A stretch of DNA of 63,273 nt, filler included, from Octopus bimaculoides (Eukaryota): assembly GCF_001194135.2 (NCBI RefSeq). It is 9 parts of 8 records of this genome, joined end to end, with 100 filler letters (N's around TTAATTAATTAA, not from the genome) between each part and the next. Parts side by side here need not be neighbours in the genome. Positions count along the whole stretch, not along the records: positions 22,923 to 29,444 come from NC_068990.1; positions 29,545 to 34,009 come from NC_068981.1; positions 34,110 to 41,336 come from NC_069010.1; 6 more parts are not named here. One strand, written 5' to 3'. The notes beneath the pieces were generated by a model. It had not been told where the DNA came from. It saw only the letters and a program-made list of their open reading frames with translations, and ran no database searches. Positions 23,201 to 36,181 of this stretch are shown piece by piece. The stretch's first letter is position 1; every line of letters starts with the position of its first letter. A program made the translations under genes and the position numbers.

Positions 23201-24233
23201 GCACTCACGCACGCATAAAAACACACTCGCCCACAAACACATACACATCCACATGTACATACAGGAGGATGAGAAAGTGTGTAGGCTAAATAACGGGTTG
23301 ATTTCATGTGAATACATGCTAAATATATTCATTGGAATAGAGGCTTTCTTTAGAAATGTATTTTGTAAGGGACAATACGGAAGAGCGTGCACAGATTCCG
23401 TATGGATTTCATATAATAAATAGTTTCATGCATACACGTGAACGCCTTATTCATATGTTATATTTCATTACAATATTATTCGTTGTACTATACAAGCCGA
23501 TGAGATGGCTATGGCGTGGATTGCAGATATCAGAATAAAATCAATTGGATTACATAGACACAAACACACACACAATCACACACACACACAAACACGCACG
23601 CACACACACTGATGCAGATGAACACTCAGACAATAGGATTATACACTCATACGATCATACATATAATGTATGTGTATATATATAGAGATACACACGCGTA
23701 TATATATATACACACACACATACACAAAGATATATATATATATACATATATATACGTATATATTTATATATATATATAAGAGAGAGAGAGAGAGAGANNN
23801 NNNNNNNNNNNNNNNNNNNNNNNNNNNNNNNNNNNNNNNNNNNNNNNNNNNNNNNNNNNNNNNNNNNNNNNNNNNNNNNNNNNNNNNNNNNNNNNNNNNN
23901 NNNNNNNNNNNNNNNNNNNNNNNNNNNNNNNNNNNNNNNNNNNNNNNNNNNNNNNNNNNNNNNNNNNNNNNNNNNNNNNNNNNNNNNNNNNNNNNNNNNN
24001 NNNNNNNNNNNNNNNNNNNNNNNNNNNNNNNNNNNNNNNNNNNNNNNNNNNNNNNNNNNNNNNNNNNNNNNNNNNNNNNNNNNNNNNNNNNNNNNNNNNN
24101 TATTCATATATGTATAAAAGTATATATATATGTGTGTGTCTGTGGTGTATGTTTGTATATATGTATGTGTGTCCATTTGTGTATGTATCGCGGATGTGTA
24201 CAGATTTCCATGTATCTGTGTGTATATATATAT

Positions 24234-24280
<47 letters not shown>

Positions 24281-24649
24281 CGAGAGAGAGCGACAGATAA
24301 ATAGATAGATATGTTTATGTATATATGTACTAATTGCTAAGTTATGATTCAAGTATTTCACCATGCAACGTTCCTCGATAGTATGCTAAGAATATGTTCG
24401 TTTCAAGCGCTTTGTGTTTCTGTTTGTGAATGTATTTGTGCACGTGACTCACTTGCTAAAGTATGTATACGGGATTTTATTCGAATTTGAAGAAGTGTGA
24501 AACTTAGATAAACCAGCACATGCAATATGCTGTTTGTTGTATTATAATATCCCAAATAATAATTCCTTGCAAACCACACTGTGGACTGAATTGAAGTAGC
24601 TACCATATCTATTACCAATCTCATCCTATAGAGAAATGATTTCTTGGTA

Positions 24650-24995
24650 GGCGCATGACTCAGTGTTTAACGCGTCTGGCTTACTTACAATTGTGACGTT
24701 TTGAGATCAATCACTGGAGCGAACTCTGTGGTGTACACTTAAGCAGGACACTTTAGAAATGAATAGAAATGAACTCACATGTCACTAGTGTCAAGCTGTA
24801 TATGGTAGCGAGCTGGCACAATAGTTTGTGGTATTTCGTCCTCTTTCAGGTTCTGAGTTCATATTCCGCCTTTTATTGACTTTGCATTCTATCATTTCAC
24901 GATCAATAAAATAAGTACCAGTTGATTGATGGGGACGATGTAATTTATTTACGCGCTCCCGGAACTTGCTGGCATTGTGCCAATATTTGAAACCA
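24650..24995 (+). mobile_element. Degenerate SINEs: tRNA-like head G (24650-24760) and family A (24803-24995)
   Basis: ggcgcatgactcagtg A-box-like head; gagttcatattccgcc…ataagtaccagtt body. Confidence 0.65.
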
Positions 24996-25342
24996 ATATT
25001 AGAATTGTTTGCAGAAAATAAAGTAACGAGATTTGGGTTTTTCACTTTTCGTCCTTTACGCTGCATGTAGATCTATACAATTTGCTCTACATAAAATACA
25101 ATAGCACATATCTTTGTGTATTCAAATTATTTTAGTGAATTGAACAACGCAATGAAGGTTTAAATAACCTCATAGTTAATTATTAAACAATTTCTTTATA
25201 GATCATATGATGTGAAAATGTATAGATTCATTATGGTTTTATGGTAAGGTATACGTTTATTATAAGTAAGCAGGATATATCTGAAAGGAAGAGAAATATC
25301 AATGCACGTTACCATATGAACCACTGCATTATTTGCTCACGT

Positions 25343-25394
<52 letters not shown>

Positions 25395-25435
25395 ACACGC
25401 ACATTTACAAAGTCGCTCATACAGAGCATATGCAT

Positions 25436-25466
<31 letters not shown>

Positions 25467-26373
25467 TACACACACACACATATAGATATATATATCATAT
25501 TCATTCCGGCAGGGTCTCTACGGTAAATGGAAAAAAAAGATATATCGTTCTCAACATCATTTTATACGAAGGAGTCATCGCCTAATGTGGAGCTAGGTTG
25601 TCTTCTTTCAGATATAGATATAACTAGATATGCTACGTGCCCTATCATAGTCAGTGCAACGGTTGATGTTCTCTTCATTTTTCTGCTGTACGTATCTTTA
25701 AATCAATGCTAGTACAAATATTTCAAGCAGTATTTTATAATGTCAGCGATATGATAAACTGCCAAAGATTGATATATTTACAAAGGAAGCTGAAAACTTT
25801 GATACTTTTATCCACTTAACAATTGTTTTCCTCGTATTCAAATCTCAATATTTCACACAAAAGTTCATTTTCTTCATGCGTTTTTTTTCTTCATCTTACG
25901 TCAACTGTCTGCAATTTTTTTTTCTTATTAAGCCTGTTTGTTCTACATTTCTAATCGATTGGTACGCACTTTGTTCCTCCTCCTTAGTTGCGTTAAATAA
26001 ATAAATAAATTCATAAATATATATATTTATATATATGTGTGTGTGTGTGTTTGTATGTACGCATGCACGTTCACACATGCATATACCCGCACTCACTTTC
26101 ATTTCTTTCTTAATATTTTTTTGTTGCGTCTTTCTCTGTTTCTACACACCTCACTCTCTTACCCCGAATTCAAACTTCTATAATATATACATTTTTCTTT
26201 TCATTTCATCCATGTCCATTATGTTCGTAAGGTGTTATTACTTAACGTTTTGTTTTGATTCACTTTATCACTTTTATATCCTGCACTGTTTACTCTTCTC
26301 TGTAAATTTTTTGCTATTTACTCACATTCATATATCAAACACACAAACCTGCAAAACGTAAATGAAATGAGAG

Positions 26374-26418
<45 letters not shown>

Positions 26419-26589
26419 TACAAATTCCACCAACACAAGACTGTATACCATGTGCGTGTGTGTGTGTATATGTATGTCGGTATGGATGTATGTATGTACG
26501 TAACTACGTATATACATAACTATGAATGAATCTATGTATGAATGCATGTACTCCACGAGAACAAAATTATAATAATTGTCTTAGTAGTA

Positions 26590-26602
26590 GTAATAATACT
26601 AA

Positions 26603-26670
<68 letters not shown>
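26590..26670. repeat. (TAG)n(TAA)n microsatellite
   Basis: Direct inspection. Confidence 0.95.
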
Positions 26671-26671
<1 letters not shown>

Positions 26672-26679
26672 CAGTAATG

Positions 26680-26845
26680 GTATTAAATTTTGGCCCCATG
26701 CCAGCAATTATGGGGCAACTTGGAAATGTCGATTACATAAATACCAGCGCTAAACTGGTACTTATTTTATCGACCCCGAAAAGATGAGAGGAAAAGTTGA
26801 CCTCAGCGGAATTTGAAATTAAATGATAGCCGGAAGAAACGTTCT
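26680..26845 (-). mobile_element. Family-A SINE, degenerate
   Basis: actggtacttattttatcgaccccgaaa…gacctcagcggaatttgaa. Confidence 0.75.
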
Positions 26846-27954
26846 ACCAGGCCAAGAGATCAATATCAAAAGTTCGTAGACTCTGTATATCGAACGAAAT
26901 AACTATTTCTAAAATAACGTCAATTAAATTAGACTCCTATGATGTGAGATTTCGGAACGGGAATACGACAAAGAGCAGTATTAGTTTCAAAAACGTGGCT
27001 TGGAATATATTAGTGGAAACAGATTAAGAGCTAAGTAATTCTATTGGTGATTTAGCTATAATTGCGAGTGGCTAAATATATGAATTTTAGAAAATGGTGT
27101 GTTGGTGTATGCATGCACATGCACTTGTAATTGTTCGTGTGTTAGAAGCGTGTATATGACCGATACATTTAAATAGATAGAGAAAGAGTCTGAGACAACA
27201 CGTTTCACATGAATGCATAGATATGGATCGATGGACGTATGGATGGAGATGGCTGAATGAATAAATGATTGAATACAGGCGTCACAAGATGGAAGATTTG
27301 ATCATTCTTGAAAAGGATATTCTGATAGAAGTATAGAGATCTATGGATCGATAGATAAAGAGAAATATAAGTAGAGAATTAGATCGATATATTGACATCT
27401 AGATAAATATATAGACATGCTGACAGAGAGATTAATATTTTGGATAGTATAAAGATACTTGGATGAATATATATATATATATATACATATGAAAGTGTGT
27501 ATATATGTATGCACACACACACAGCTATATACATATACATATATATGAGAATGTATATGCATACATATATATGAGATTGTATATACATATACACACATAA
27601 ATATGAGAATATCAAACGCTTGTATAATTAAATGAATCCGAAAATATAGAAAGGGCACACGCATGGAATCTCTAACGGACGATCTTATATTTCTCTTGGT
27701 GCACTTACAGGAAATTATAGAGCTTATCTTTGATGTGTCATGAAATATTTTACTTTGGTCTTCAATCGCAATTTGTAACTAGAGATCATTAAAAATGCCA
27801 ATGATCACTGTAGGTGAAGTATTATTATAAATATATTTTAATGTAACTGACGATGGTGATGTGGATGAAGATGAGGGGAAGAAAAAATACGAATACGCAG
27901 ATGTTGAGATGAAGATGATGACGACGAAGATGACGAAGTAGAGGATTATGCTAA

Positions 27955-28087
27955 TTATAAAAATAACACACGAAATTAATTCATTTTTTAATTACCGTAT
28001 GCGAGAACGATCCTGCATGGTCTAGATATTACATATATGTACAATTACGCACACACATATACACACATACGTATATATGTATATGTG

Positions 28088-28146
<59 letters not shown>

Positions 28147-28751
28147 ACTTTAAATAGAGCTCAAAATTGATCCGTTGAAAATACTTTATTACAACAACAA
28201 TAACAATAATAATAACAAATAAATACACCTATGTACATTTCGATAGAACATCCAGAATGATTAATACATATAAAGTATTATAAAATATTATAAAATATAG
28301 GATACTCCATCTCCTCAGGGTCCCATTATTATTGCTATCATCACCATCATTATTATTAGCAATACACATCCCAAAAAAACAGAAACCATTCAAATCTAAT
28401 TTTCATAGTTGACCCATGAAAATATACAAAACAGGATGAAACAGTGATAGATGGCACACAACTTTCCATCCCAAATGTGCAATGAACGAGCAAACGGTAA
28501 ATTTCCTCGAATCTAAACCTAAAAATATTTTATATTATAATTTCATTTACTGTTCAATTTAGAACGCTATAAAATCCGTTACAGCAATAATCATCAAAAT
28601 ATTATGTTTATTATAAAAATAACACAAGAGATTAATTCATTTTTTAATTACCTTATGCGAGAACGATCCTGCATGGTCTAGATATTACATATATGTACAA
28701 TTACGCACACACATATGCACACACTCACGCACATATACACACATACGTATA
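27955..28751 (+). repeat. ~120-bp direct repeat pair (27955-28075 and 28611-28751)
   Basis: ttataaaaataacac…tatgcgagaacgatcctgcatggtctagatattacatatatgtacaattacgcacacacat occurs twice, 656 bp apart. Confidence 0.9.
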
Positions 28752-28759
28752 CAAAAGAT

Positions 28760-29239
28760 GAAAAAGATAAAAAGGATATTGATAATACCATTAACTATGG
28801 TAATAAATTAATAGAAATTTCTGAAGATAATCCTAATAGAATTAGATTCCTTAGTGCAAATGCTAAAACTAAAAACATTGTATATAGGTGTAATGTTATA
28901 ACGGATAAGAAGATTTGGAGTTATATTGGAGCTTCGTCACTTGAAGTCTCGAGTAGAATTTCTAATCATTATTCGACATTTAGGGATAGGAATAAACAAA
29001 ATACTACGGCGCTCAGTAGCTTAATTTGGAAACTGAAAGATGAGAAAAGAGATTACTTTCTTGAATGGCTGATAATAGGTAAACAAATTCCGTACGACAA
29101 GGGTAAAGATACCTATTCTTTATGTAACTTGGAGTTATTTTTCATACCTTTTTCCAAGGGTCACTTAATTAATAAAATTACATTTAAAGCTTACAGATGT
29201 CTACATATGTATAGACATACGTTTGCATTTTATGAATAG
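28760..29239 (+). mobile_element. Penelope-like GIY-YIG endonuclease, 3' end of ORF (degenerate)
   Basis: NIVYRC…YIGAS…RISNHYSTFR…TALSSLIWKLKD…W.II…SLCNLE matches PLE GIY-YIG domains. Confidence 0.85.
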
Positions 29240-29444
29240 GACTATTTATATAATTTACTGTACTTAGGTCTGTTGCATAACTATAAGAGTGTATATGTAT
29301 GTATGTATGCATATATATGTATATATGTATATATATATATATGTATATGTATGTGTGTGTGTGTGTCTTTGTGTGTCTATATGGGTGGGTATAGTTAATA
29401 TATTAAGAATATAGATAGGTGTATTAGAATGTCACGATGTGTAT

Positions 29445-29544
29445 NNNNNNNNNNNNNNNNNNNNNNNNNNNNNNNNNNNNNNNNNNNNTTAATTAATTAA
29501 NNNNNNNNNNNNNNNNNNNNNNNNNNNNNNNNNNNNNNNNNNNN
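29445..29544. other. Artificial scaffold linker
   Basis: 44N-TTAATTAATTAA-44N. Confidence 0.95.
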
Positions 29545-29581
<37 letters not shown>

Positions 29582-31439
29582 GCATATATATATCAACACT
29601 ATTCTCGCCATTATTGCTATTATTGTTGTTGTATATATATATGCACGTGTATGTTTATATGTGAGTGTATATATTTCTGTATAATAATAATGTATCTGTC
29701 TACGAGATTATCTATCTCAAGTGGTGTACGTACATTCTTAAATGATGTGAGCTATCGAAACTTTTTTTTTTTTTTACTGCTTTTTCAATAGCTCATCTAA
29801 ACTCGTGTGTTGCCATGTAAATGTGATCTATCTACTAATGCTCGTATATAAATATGCAGTTATCTCTATTAGTGTGTTAATGTGTTTTTTTTTCTTTTTT
29901 CTATATTTGTTTGTTTATGCGTTTGAGAGTTTATGTTTGTACGTCTGTTTCTAATGTATAAGTGAACGAGCTTTAGGTGGTGTGTGTGAGGAAAACGTTT
30001 TTCCTTACTATGTGAGCATATGTGCATCCTTGCAATAATATCTTTTCCATGCGGTTGTTTGACATTTATATCTCGTTGTCCTGCATCTAAATTGCTGCTA
30101 GAGGTAGTTGCTGTTGCTATAGCGAGAATCTTTTTCCTTGTTGTTCTTTATATTTTTACCTATTTCAGATGTTGTTGCTCTTGTGGCTGTTGCTATATTT
30201 TCTTTCTTTGGTAATTTTGTTGTAGATGTTTATACTCTTGCATTTCTTTTTAGCCTTGTTATTGCTGTTATTGTATAGCTCCCTCTGTCGTTGTTCTTAT
30301 TGTTGTTCGTGTTGCTGATATTCTCATTTTCGTCGCTATCGCATATCCATTTCTCTATACTTTGTTTCTACTCATTTTTTTACAAGTTAGCATTGCTGTA
30401 ACGATTGTTGCACTTCTCGTTGTTTGACTTGTTGTTGTTGATGTAGTTGCAGTTGTTCTTGTTGATGTTATGGTGGTTTTTTGTTATTTTCAGCGTTGTT
30501 AATGGGAGTTGGATCACGGTTAATCTTCTTGTTATTGATGCTAATATTGTTGATGTTGGTTCCATTTTAGCTGTTGCTATTCTGTTGCTGTTGATGTTAC
30601 AGCTTGTGTGGTGTTGTTGTTTATTATTTCTTCATTTATTTAAATGAATACATCCGGCCATTTTGCTTATGTAAGAAATCAGTACTACACTCTTTAATTT
30701 ATTTATTTAAATATGTAAACATATTGATTCGTAAAGTATTTTTCCTTACGAAACATTGGACCTCGAGTTTCGTTTAAACCACATTCAAAACAATGCGGGA
30801 AGAAGACATTATCGGTGAAAGGGAAGGTTCCAACAAATGCACCACCAGAAAGCGAGGCGGTGAGGAAGAGGAAAGCTATATTGTCTTCCTCAACCTGCTA
30901 GATATATCTGCCAACCTCCTCCAAAATCAGACCATGCTGTTTTTGAAAAGTAAATGGTATCATGTGATCAAAGGTTCTGTCCATATAGAAAAAGAAAACA
31001 AGATGGTAGCAGTGAGTGAATATCTTTACAGTTCTTAATTAAAAAAGATCACCAGAAAATCAGTACATGGGTATTCCAATTGCAAATAAGACAAGTTCTA
31101 ATTCGAAACTTGCAACACAATAATTGTACGTCAGTTTATGGTTGATTAGTGTAACATAGATCAAAAGATACATTACTCATGGATTATTGATTCTTCAGGT
31201 AGTAGTGAATGCATGGATCGTTGCCGTCTTCTTTATTTCAGTTTCATACCCTCCTGTGCAGTGAGCCGTCCTTGGATGGTTCTATAAAGATAACATTTTT
31301 TTTTTCGTTTTCTATGAGCAGAAGTTGCTAACCCTTTTCGATTAATCCATCCCCACTTCTGGATAGAAAGAACACAAGCAATTGTTACCAAAGGCTCTTT
31401 ACACGATGCAACATAAATGATTCTAAGAAGGTGAGATAG

Positions 31440-31590
31440 AGAGAGAGGGGGAGCGCAGAAGAGAGAAGGGGGAGCGTGGAAGAGAGGGGGAGCACGGAAG
31501 AGAGGGAGGTGCGGAAGAGAGAGGGCGAGCGCGGAAGAGGGAGGGAGAGCATGGAAGAGAGAGGGGGAGCGCGGAAGAGAGAAGGGGAGG
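31440..31590. repeat. ~20-bp GA-rich minisatellite (GAGAGGGGGAGCGCGGAA-like), about 7 units
   Basis: Direct inspection; imperfect copies. Confidence 0.85.
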
Positions 31591-32032
31591 AGAGACAGGA
31601 ATATAGGTCAGTACGTTGTTGAATGAAATTTTTCTTAATCCTGTGAAAATTAAAGCAAAGTTCACCTTGACGGCTTTGGAACTCACAGGCACAGAGAGAG
31701 TAAGAGAGAGAGAGAGAGAAAGAGATGGAGAGAGAGAGAGAGAGAGATAAAGAGAGAGAGAGAGAGAGAGAGATAAAGAGAGAGAGAGAGGGGGGAGAGA
31801 CATAGAGCACCATATATAGCAAGAGATTCTCTGCTACGTCCTCACAACTCTGCCAGGTTGCCATCTTTAGAGAACTTTATCTACAACCGTCACTCCAGAG
31901 CGTCTATTGACTCAAAAGTAAGCACGATGCATTTTCTAATTGTTTTAAGTGCGAATGTGGGTGTGATCCGACATACACGCCCTCTCAGCCCTACAACCTT
32001 TGACCAAGCGAAATATAAGGATGTTGGAGTGA

Positions 32033-32070
<38 letters not shown>

Positions 32071-32084
32071 AGTGGGAGGCTGCA

Positions 32085-32232
32085 ACATCACTCAGCTTCT
32101 ACTCATTTCAGTAGAATAAACTGGAGCAACATGAACAGGAGAACTTTCTCAGTTTAGAACACGACACATGATCCAGGAATCGAACCCAAGACCTCGTGAT
32201 CGATAACCCAAACCATTAACTATTATGGCACA
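32085..32232 (-). mobile_element. Degenerate tRNA-derived SINE (head G)
   Basis: Reverse complement has a GGTTCGATTCC B-box and ttgctccagttt body shared with 60713. Confidence 0.6.
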
Positions 32233-32810
32233 TAACTGTATTAGAGGTAATGTTATATCAACGGCGTAATAATCACAAAGGATAGTGAAAATGTTCATTA
32301 ACGGAGGCTCTTTTACCGAAGAATATATTATTAATGCTTCTGAATATGCTGAGTCTGAACTACATCGAGTGTTAAACTCGCATTTCTCAAAAAAGAAAAG
32401 TAAAGCTATTTTTAGAACAGAGAATCATTGATATGAGGGACGGGCTTTGCAGCGAATTTTTATTTCGTGTTGAATGTGCTATTAGATTCATGACTTGTTC
32501 CAGATCTGCTCAAACAACCCAGCTGAAAATGTGGATATGTACGGTGAAATCAAACCTTGAATCGATATCTGATCCTTGTGAGTATAGTGTCCGATGCCGA
32601 AATCAACACAAGTGATATCTGCGTTGGATGCCTGGGATCACTGGGCTTAGTTGACTTCTCTATCCCAGTCACCACATATTTAGTTATTCAATCAGGTCCA
32701 TCTCATCCCAGATGGATCCGAACACAATTGCAAGTATTTGAAATCACAACTGTAAACAGTAGTAATAACATGAACAATAGCAAATATCTATTATTATTTA
32801 GTATATCTAT

Positions 32811-32953
32811 TAAGGCAGCGAGCTGACAGATTCGTTAGCATGCCGGGCAAAATGATTTCCGACATTTCGTCTGTCTTTATGTTCTGGGTTCAAATTCCAC
32901 CGAGCGCGACTTTGCCTTTCCTTCTCCGGGGTCGATAAATTAAGAACCAGTAA
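32811..32953 (+). mobile_element. Family-A SINE truncated by N gap
   Basis: taaggcagcgagctgacag…gggttcaaattcc…gtcgataaattaag. Confidence 0.85.
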
Positions 32954-34009
32954 NNNNNNNNNNNNNNNNNNNNNNNNNNNNNNNNNNNNNNNNNNNNNNN
33001 NNNNNNNNNNNNNNNNNNNNNNNNNNNNNNNNNNNNNNNNNNNNNNNNNNNNNCTGACTAATTTCTCTATAATTCGGGAACTATATCTGTACAACATTGA
33101 GATTGATGTCAAAAGAAACAAAGTATTTAATTTTTTCAAATTCTGCCAACTACTCGTCAACAAATATTGACTATACCTTCACAAAGTGTACGCACGCGTG
33201 CGCGTATGTGTGCGCGTGTGTGTGCACGTGTGTGTGCGCGTGTGTGCGTGTGTGTGTATCAATTCGATATTCCTTAAACTTGCTGATTTTCTTTTCTTTT
33301 TCTCCATACCTCTTGATAAAATTCATAAAAGAAATTGCTTACAGCTAACCACCATATGCCTTCTGAAAGGAAACTCATCTAAGACAATATGCGTGTGTGT
33401 GCGTGCGTGTGCGTGTATAAGGAGAAAGAGAGAGAAAGAGAGAGAGAGTATGTGTATACATGTAATATATTAGATATAGACATAGACGCATATATGTATA
33501 TTTGTGTGTGGGGTGTGTCTGTGTGTCTGTATGTCTGTCTACATATATAAGCATCATATGTTCTTCAAGCGCATTTTCGTATATGTGAAGTGGAAGATGT
33601 ATGGGCGCACACCATCGAAATATATATACACACACACACATGCACAGGCTAATATATAAATGTGTGCGTGTATGTGTGTGAACGGTGTGTATGTGTGCGA
33701 GCGGTGTGTGTGAGTGTGTGTGTATGTGTGTGAGTGCGTGTGCTTCAGCAATCTTTATTTTTCATATTTTCATTTACAACTTTCAGCCAATTGGTTTGGA
33801 ACGAAAAACGGTTTCATTCTAAATCTTTCCATTCGTTATTGCAATACCCTTTTTATTCTTATTTTTTCAATTCCTTTTGCCTCCTTTTCTTTACCTTTGT
33901 TATTGGCAATATTGTTCTCTATATTTTATTTATTACAATGTTATTATTGATTATTATTAATGATATGTGATATCCGGGATTTTTATCAAGGGTATAGCAG
34001 CTTGATTTT

Positions 34010-34109
34010 NNNNNNNNNNNNNNNNNNNNNNNNNNNNNNNNNNNNNNNNNNNNTTAATTAATTAANNNNNNNNNNNNNNNNNNNNNNNNNNNNNNNNNNN
34101 NNNNNNNNN
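34010..34109. other. Artificial scaffold linker
   Basis: 44N-TTAATTAATTAA-44N. Confidence 0.95.
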
Positions 34110-34292
34110 AAAAGCACCCACTACACTCTCTGAGTGGTTGGCGTTAGGAAGGGCATCCAGCTGTAGAAACTCTGCCAAATTAGATTGGAGCCTGGTGTTG
34201 CCATCCGGTTTCACCAGTCCTCAGTCAAATCGTCCAACACATGCTAGCATGGAAAGCGGACGTTAAACGATGATGATGATGATGATGATGAT
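34110..34292 (+). mobile_element. SINE 3' module E ending in (GAT)n
   Basis: gagtggttggcgttaggaagggcatccag…catgctagcatgg…gttaaacgatgatgat; related copies at 38195, 38425, 38710. Confidence 0.8.
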
Positions 34293-34506
34293 GGTTTCAA
34301 ATTTTGCCACAAGAGCAGCCATTTTCGGGGGAGGGTTAAGTCGATTACATCGACCCCAGTACGCAACTGGTACTTAATTTATCTTCCCAAAAAGGATGAA
34401 AGGAAAAGCCGACCTCGGCAGAATTTGAACTCAGAACGTAGTGACGGGCGAAAAACCACTAAGCATCTCACCTGGTGTGCTAACGATTCAGCCAGCTTGC
34501 TGCCTT
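34293..34506 (-). mobile_element. Family-A SINE
   Basis: aagtcgattacatcgacccc…gaatttgaactcagaacgta…gctaacgattc. Confidence 0.85.
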
Positions 34507-34516
34507 AATAATAATG

Positions 34517-34551
<35 letters not shown>

Positions 34552-34903
34552 TGGGAGAAATACAGACTATTAAGGGATGAACTTGCAAGTATGTGGACAA
34601 TGAGGAGATTAACTGTTATCCTAGTAGTTGTAGGGGCCCTTGGGCACCAGCAACCAGGTTTGAGAAATATGCTGGAGAAATTGGAATTGACATGAGGGCA
34701 GAGCAGACCCCAAAAGACTGCTGTATTGGGGACAGTTAGGGTTTGGAGATTGGTGTTTGGGTATTGAGTGCTTCCCGTGAAGAGTCATCATTCAAGTGGC
34801 AAAGATTATAATTTACGGAGAGAGACCCTACGAGACCTCTGAAAACAGGTTGCTGTCTGCTCTCACAGAATCAATCAAAGCAAATAAGACCGAGAGCTCT
34901 GAG
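34552..34903 (+). mobile_element. 5'-truncated Dong/R4 LINE (end of REL domain plus 3' UTR) inside an (AAT)n tract
   Basis: EKYRLLRDELASMW…VVVGALG…QKTAVLGTVRV…; (AAT)n on both sides (34507-34551, 34904-34946). Confidence 0.85.
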
Positions 34904-34950
34904 AATAATAATAATAATAATAACAATAATAATAATAATATATAATAGTA

Positions 34951-35980
34951 AATGTTCTGATGCAGTACCAGGCAGTGGCTCTCATGGCTTCTGGTCTTAA
35001 CCAATTGGAATTGTTATCATGTACATTGTTTTGTCTTGGTATAAAAAGATGGCCTACAGCAAATATTCTGCTCAATACCACAGATTTGCTAATGTCCTGA
35101 TGCAGTACCAGGCAATGGCTCTCATGGCTTCTCATCTTAACTGATTGGAAGTGTTATCATGTACATTGTTTTGTCTTGGTATGAAAGATGGACTACAGCA
35201 AATATTCTGCTCAATACCACAGATTTGCTAATGCCCGGATGCAGTACTAGGCAGTGGCTCTCATGGCTTNNNNNNNNNNNNNNNNNNNNNNNNNNNNNNN
35301 NNNNNNNNNNNNNNNNNNNNNNNNNNNNNNNNNNNNNNNNNNNNNNNNNNNNNNNNNNNNNNNNNNNNNNNNNNNNNNNNNNNNNNNNNNNNNNNNNNNN
35401 NNNNNNNNNNNNNNNNNNNNNNNNNNNNNNNNNNNNNNNNNNTTGTTATCATGTACATTGTTTTGTCTTGGTATAAAAAGATGGCCTACAGCAAATATTC
35501 TGCTCAATACCACAGATTTGCTAATGCCCTGATGCAGTACCAGGCAGTGGCTCTCATGGCTTCTGGTCTTAACTGATTGGAAGTGTTATCATGTACATTG
35601 TTTTGTCTTGGTATAGAAGATGGCCTACAGCAAATATTCTGCTCAATACCACAGATTTGCTTGTCAGTTGCTTGACCTTAACCAGTTGAGCATGTCCCTT
35701 GGTGGCTGACGATATGTGCCTCTCTGATCATGAGCAGGAGTAGTGGGGGAGCATCATAGCCATGTGTTGAGAGGTGTTCTTTGGGGTTTGAATAATTCAC
35801 CCTTAGAAACATGGGTGTTTCATTCAACATCCTTAAGCAATCCCTATTGAGAGACCCTTTGAGCAAGATAGGTTGCTCGACATGAAGAAACTTCTAACTG
35901 GGCCCCACCTGCAAGGTTATGTGCTGTTTATCTTGATATGAGATCACCATATCACGCACATGTGGTTGTGATGCATGTGC
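34951..35980 (+). mobile_element. Repeat 'F' with about 5 tandem copies of its ~140-bp terminal unit
   Basis: Units start near 34958, 35098, 35237, (gap), 35530; the last runs on into sequence homologous to the 11300-11612 copy. Confidence 0.85.
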
Positions 35981-36075
35981 AAAGGTTTCAAGTAGTGCTT
36001 TCTCTTGTGACTCAAAGAGACAATACTCTCTTTAGAATGCGAGCTGTACTCAACAATGCTGTCTTCTGGATCACC
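35981..36075 (-). mobile_element. Short Dong/R4 C-terminal fragment
   Basis: IQKTALLSTARILKRVLSL*. Confidence 0.75.
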
Positions 36076-36141
36076 TTGAACCAAAAATGGCTGATCATTA
36101 GTAAGGAAAGACACACAAATAAGGAAGAAGAAAGCAAAGGA

Positions 36142-36181
36142 CCACTGATGAGGACACAGAAGTGTGACGAAAGAACTCTGG
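36142..36181 (+). ncRNA. Minimal type I hammerhead ribozyme candidate
   Basis: CCA-CTGATGA-GGACAC(AGAA)GTGTGAC-GAAA-G(AA)C-TC-TGG: intact core boxes, CUC triplet, 3-bp stem I, imperfect stem II, very short stem III. Confidence 0.55.

Noticed and set aside
31199-31260. AG/GT-bounded segment encoding VVVNAWIVAVFFISVSYPPV, resembling GPCR TM4
   Set aside because: Trp-Pro spacing does not fit the class A pattern, a second frame is equally open, and no other helices are nearby.
32433-32826. Two short overlapping ORFs of normal complexity
   Set aside because: No recognisable motif, inconsistent frames and weak splice signals; cannot be supported without a homology search.
35088-35140. GCTAATG as an HDV-like ribozyme J4/2 motif in repeat F
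   Set aside because: The motif is created only by the tandem junction (gct|aatg), and the proposed P1 pairing is not conserved between units.
34951-35660. Regular repeats as a possible CRISPR-like array
   Set aside because: Units are contiguous ~140-bp tandem copies without unique spacers, in eukaryotic DNA with no cas genes.
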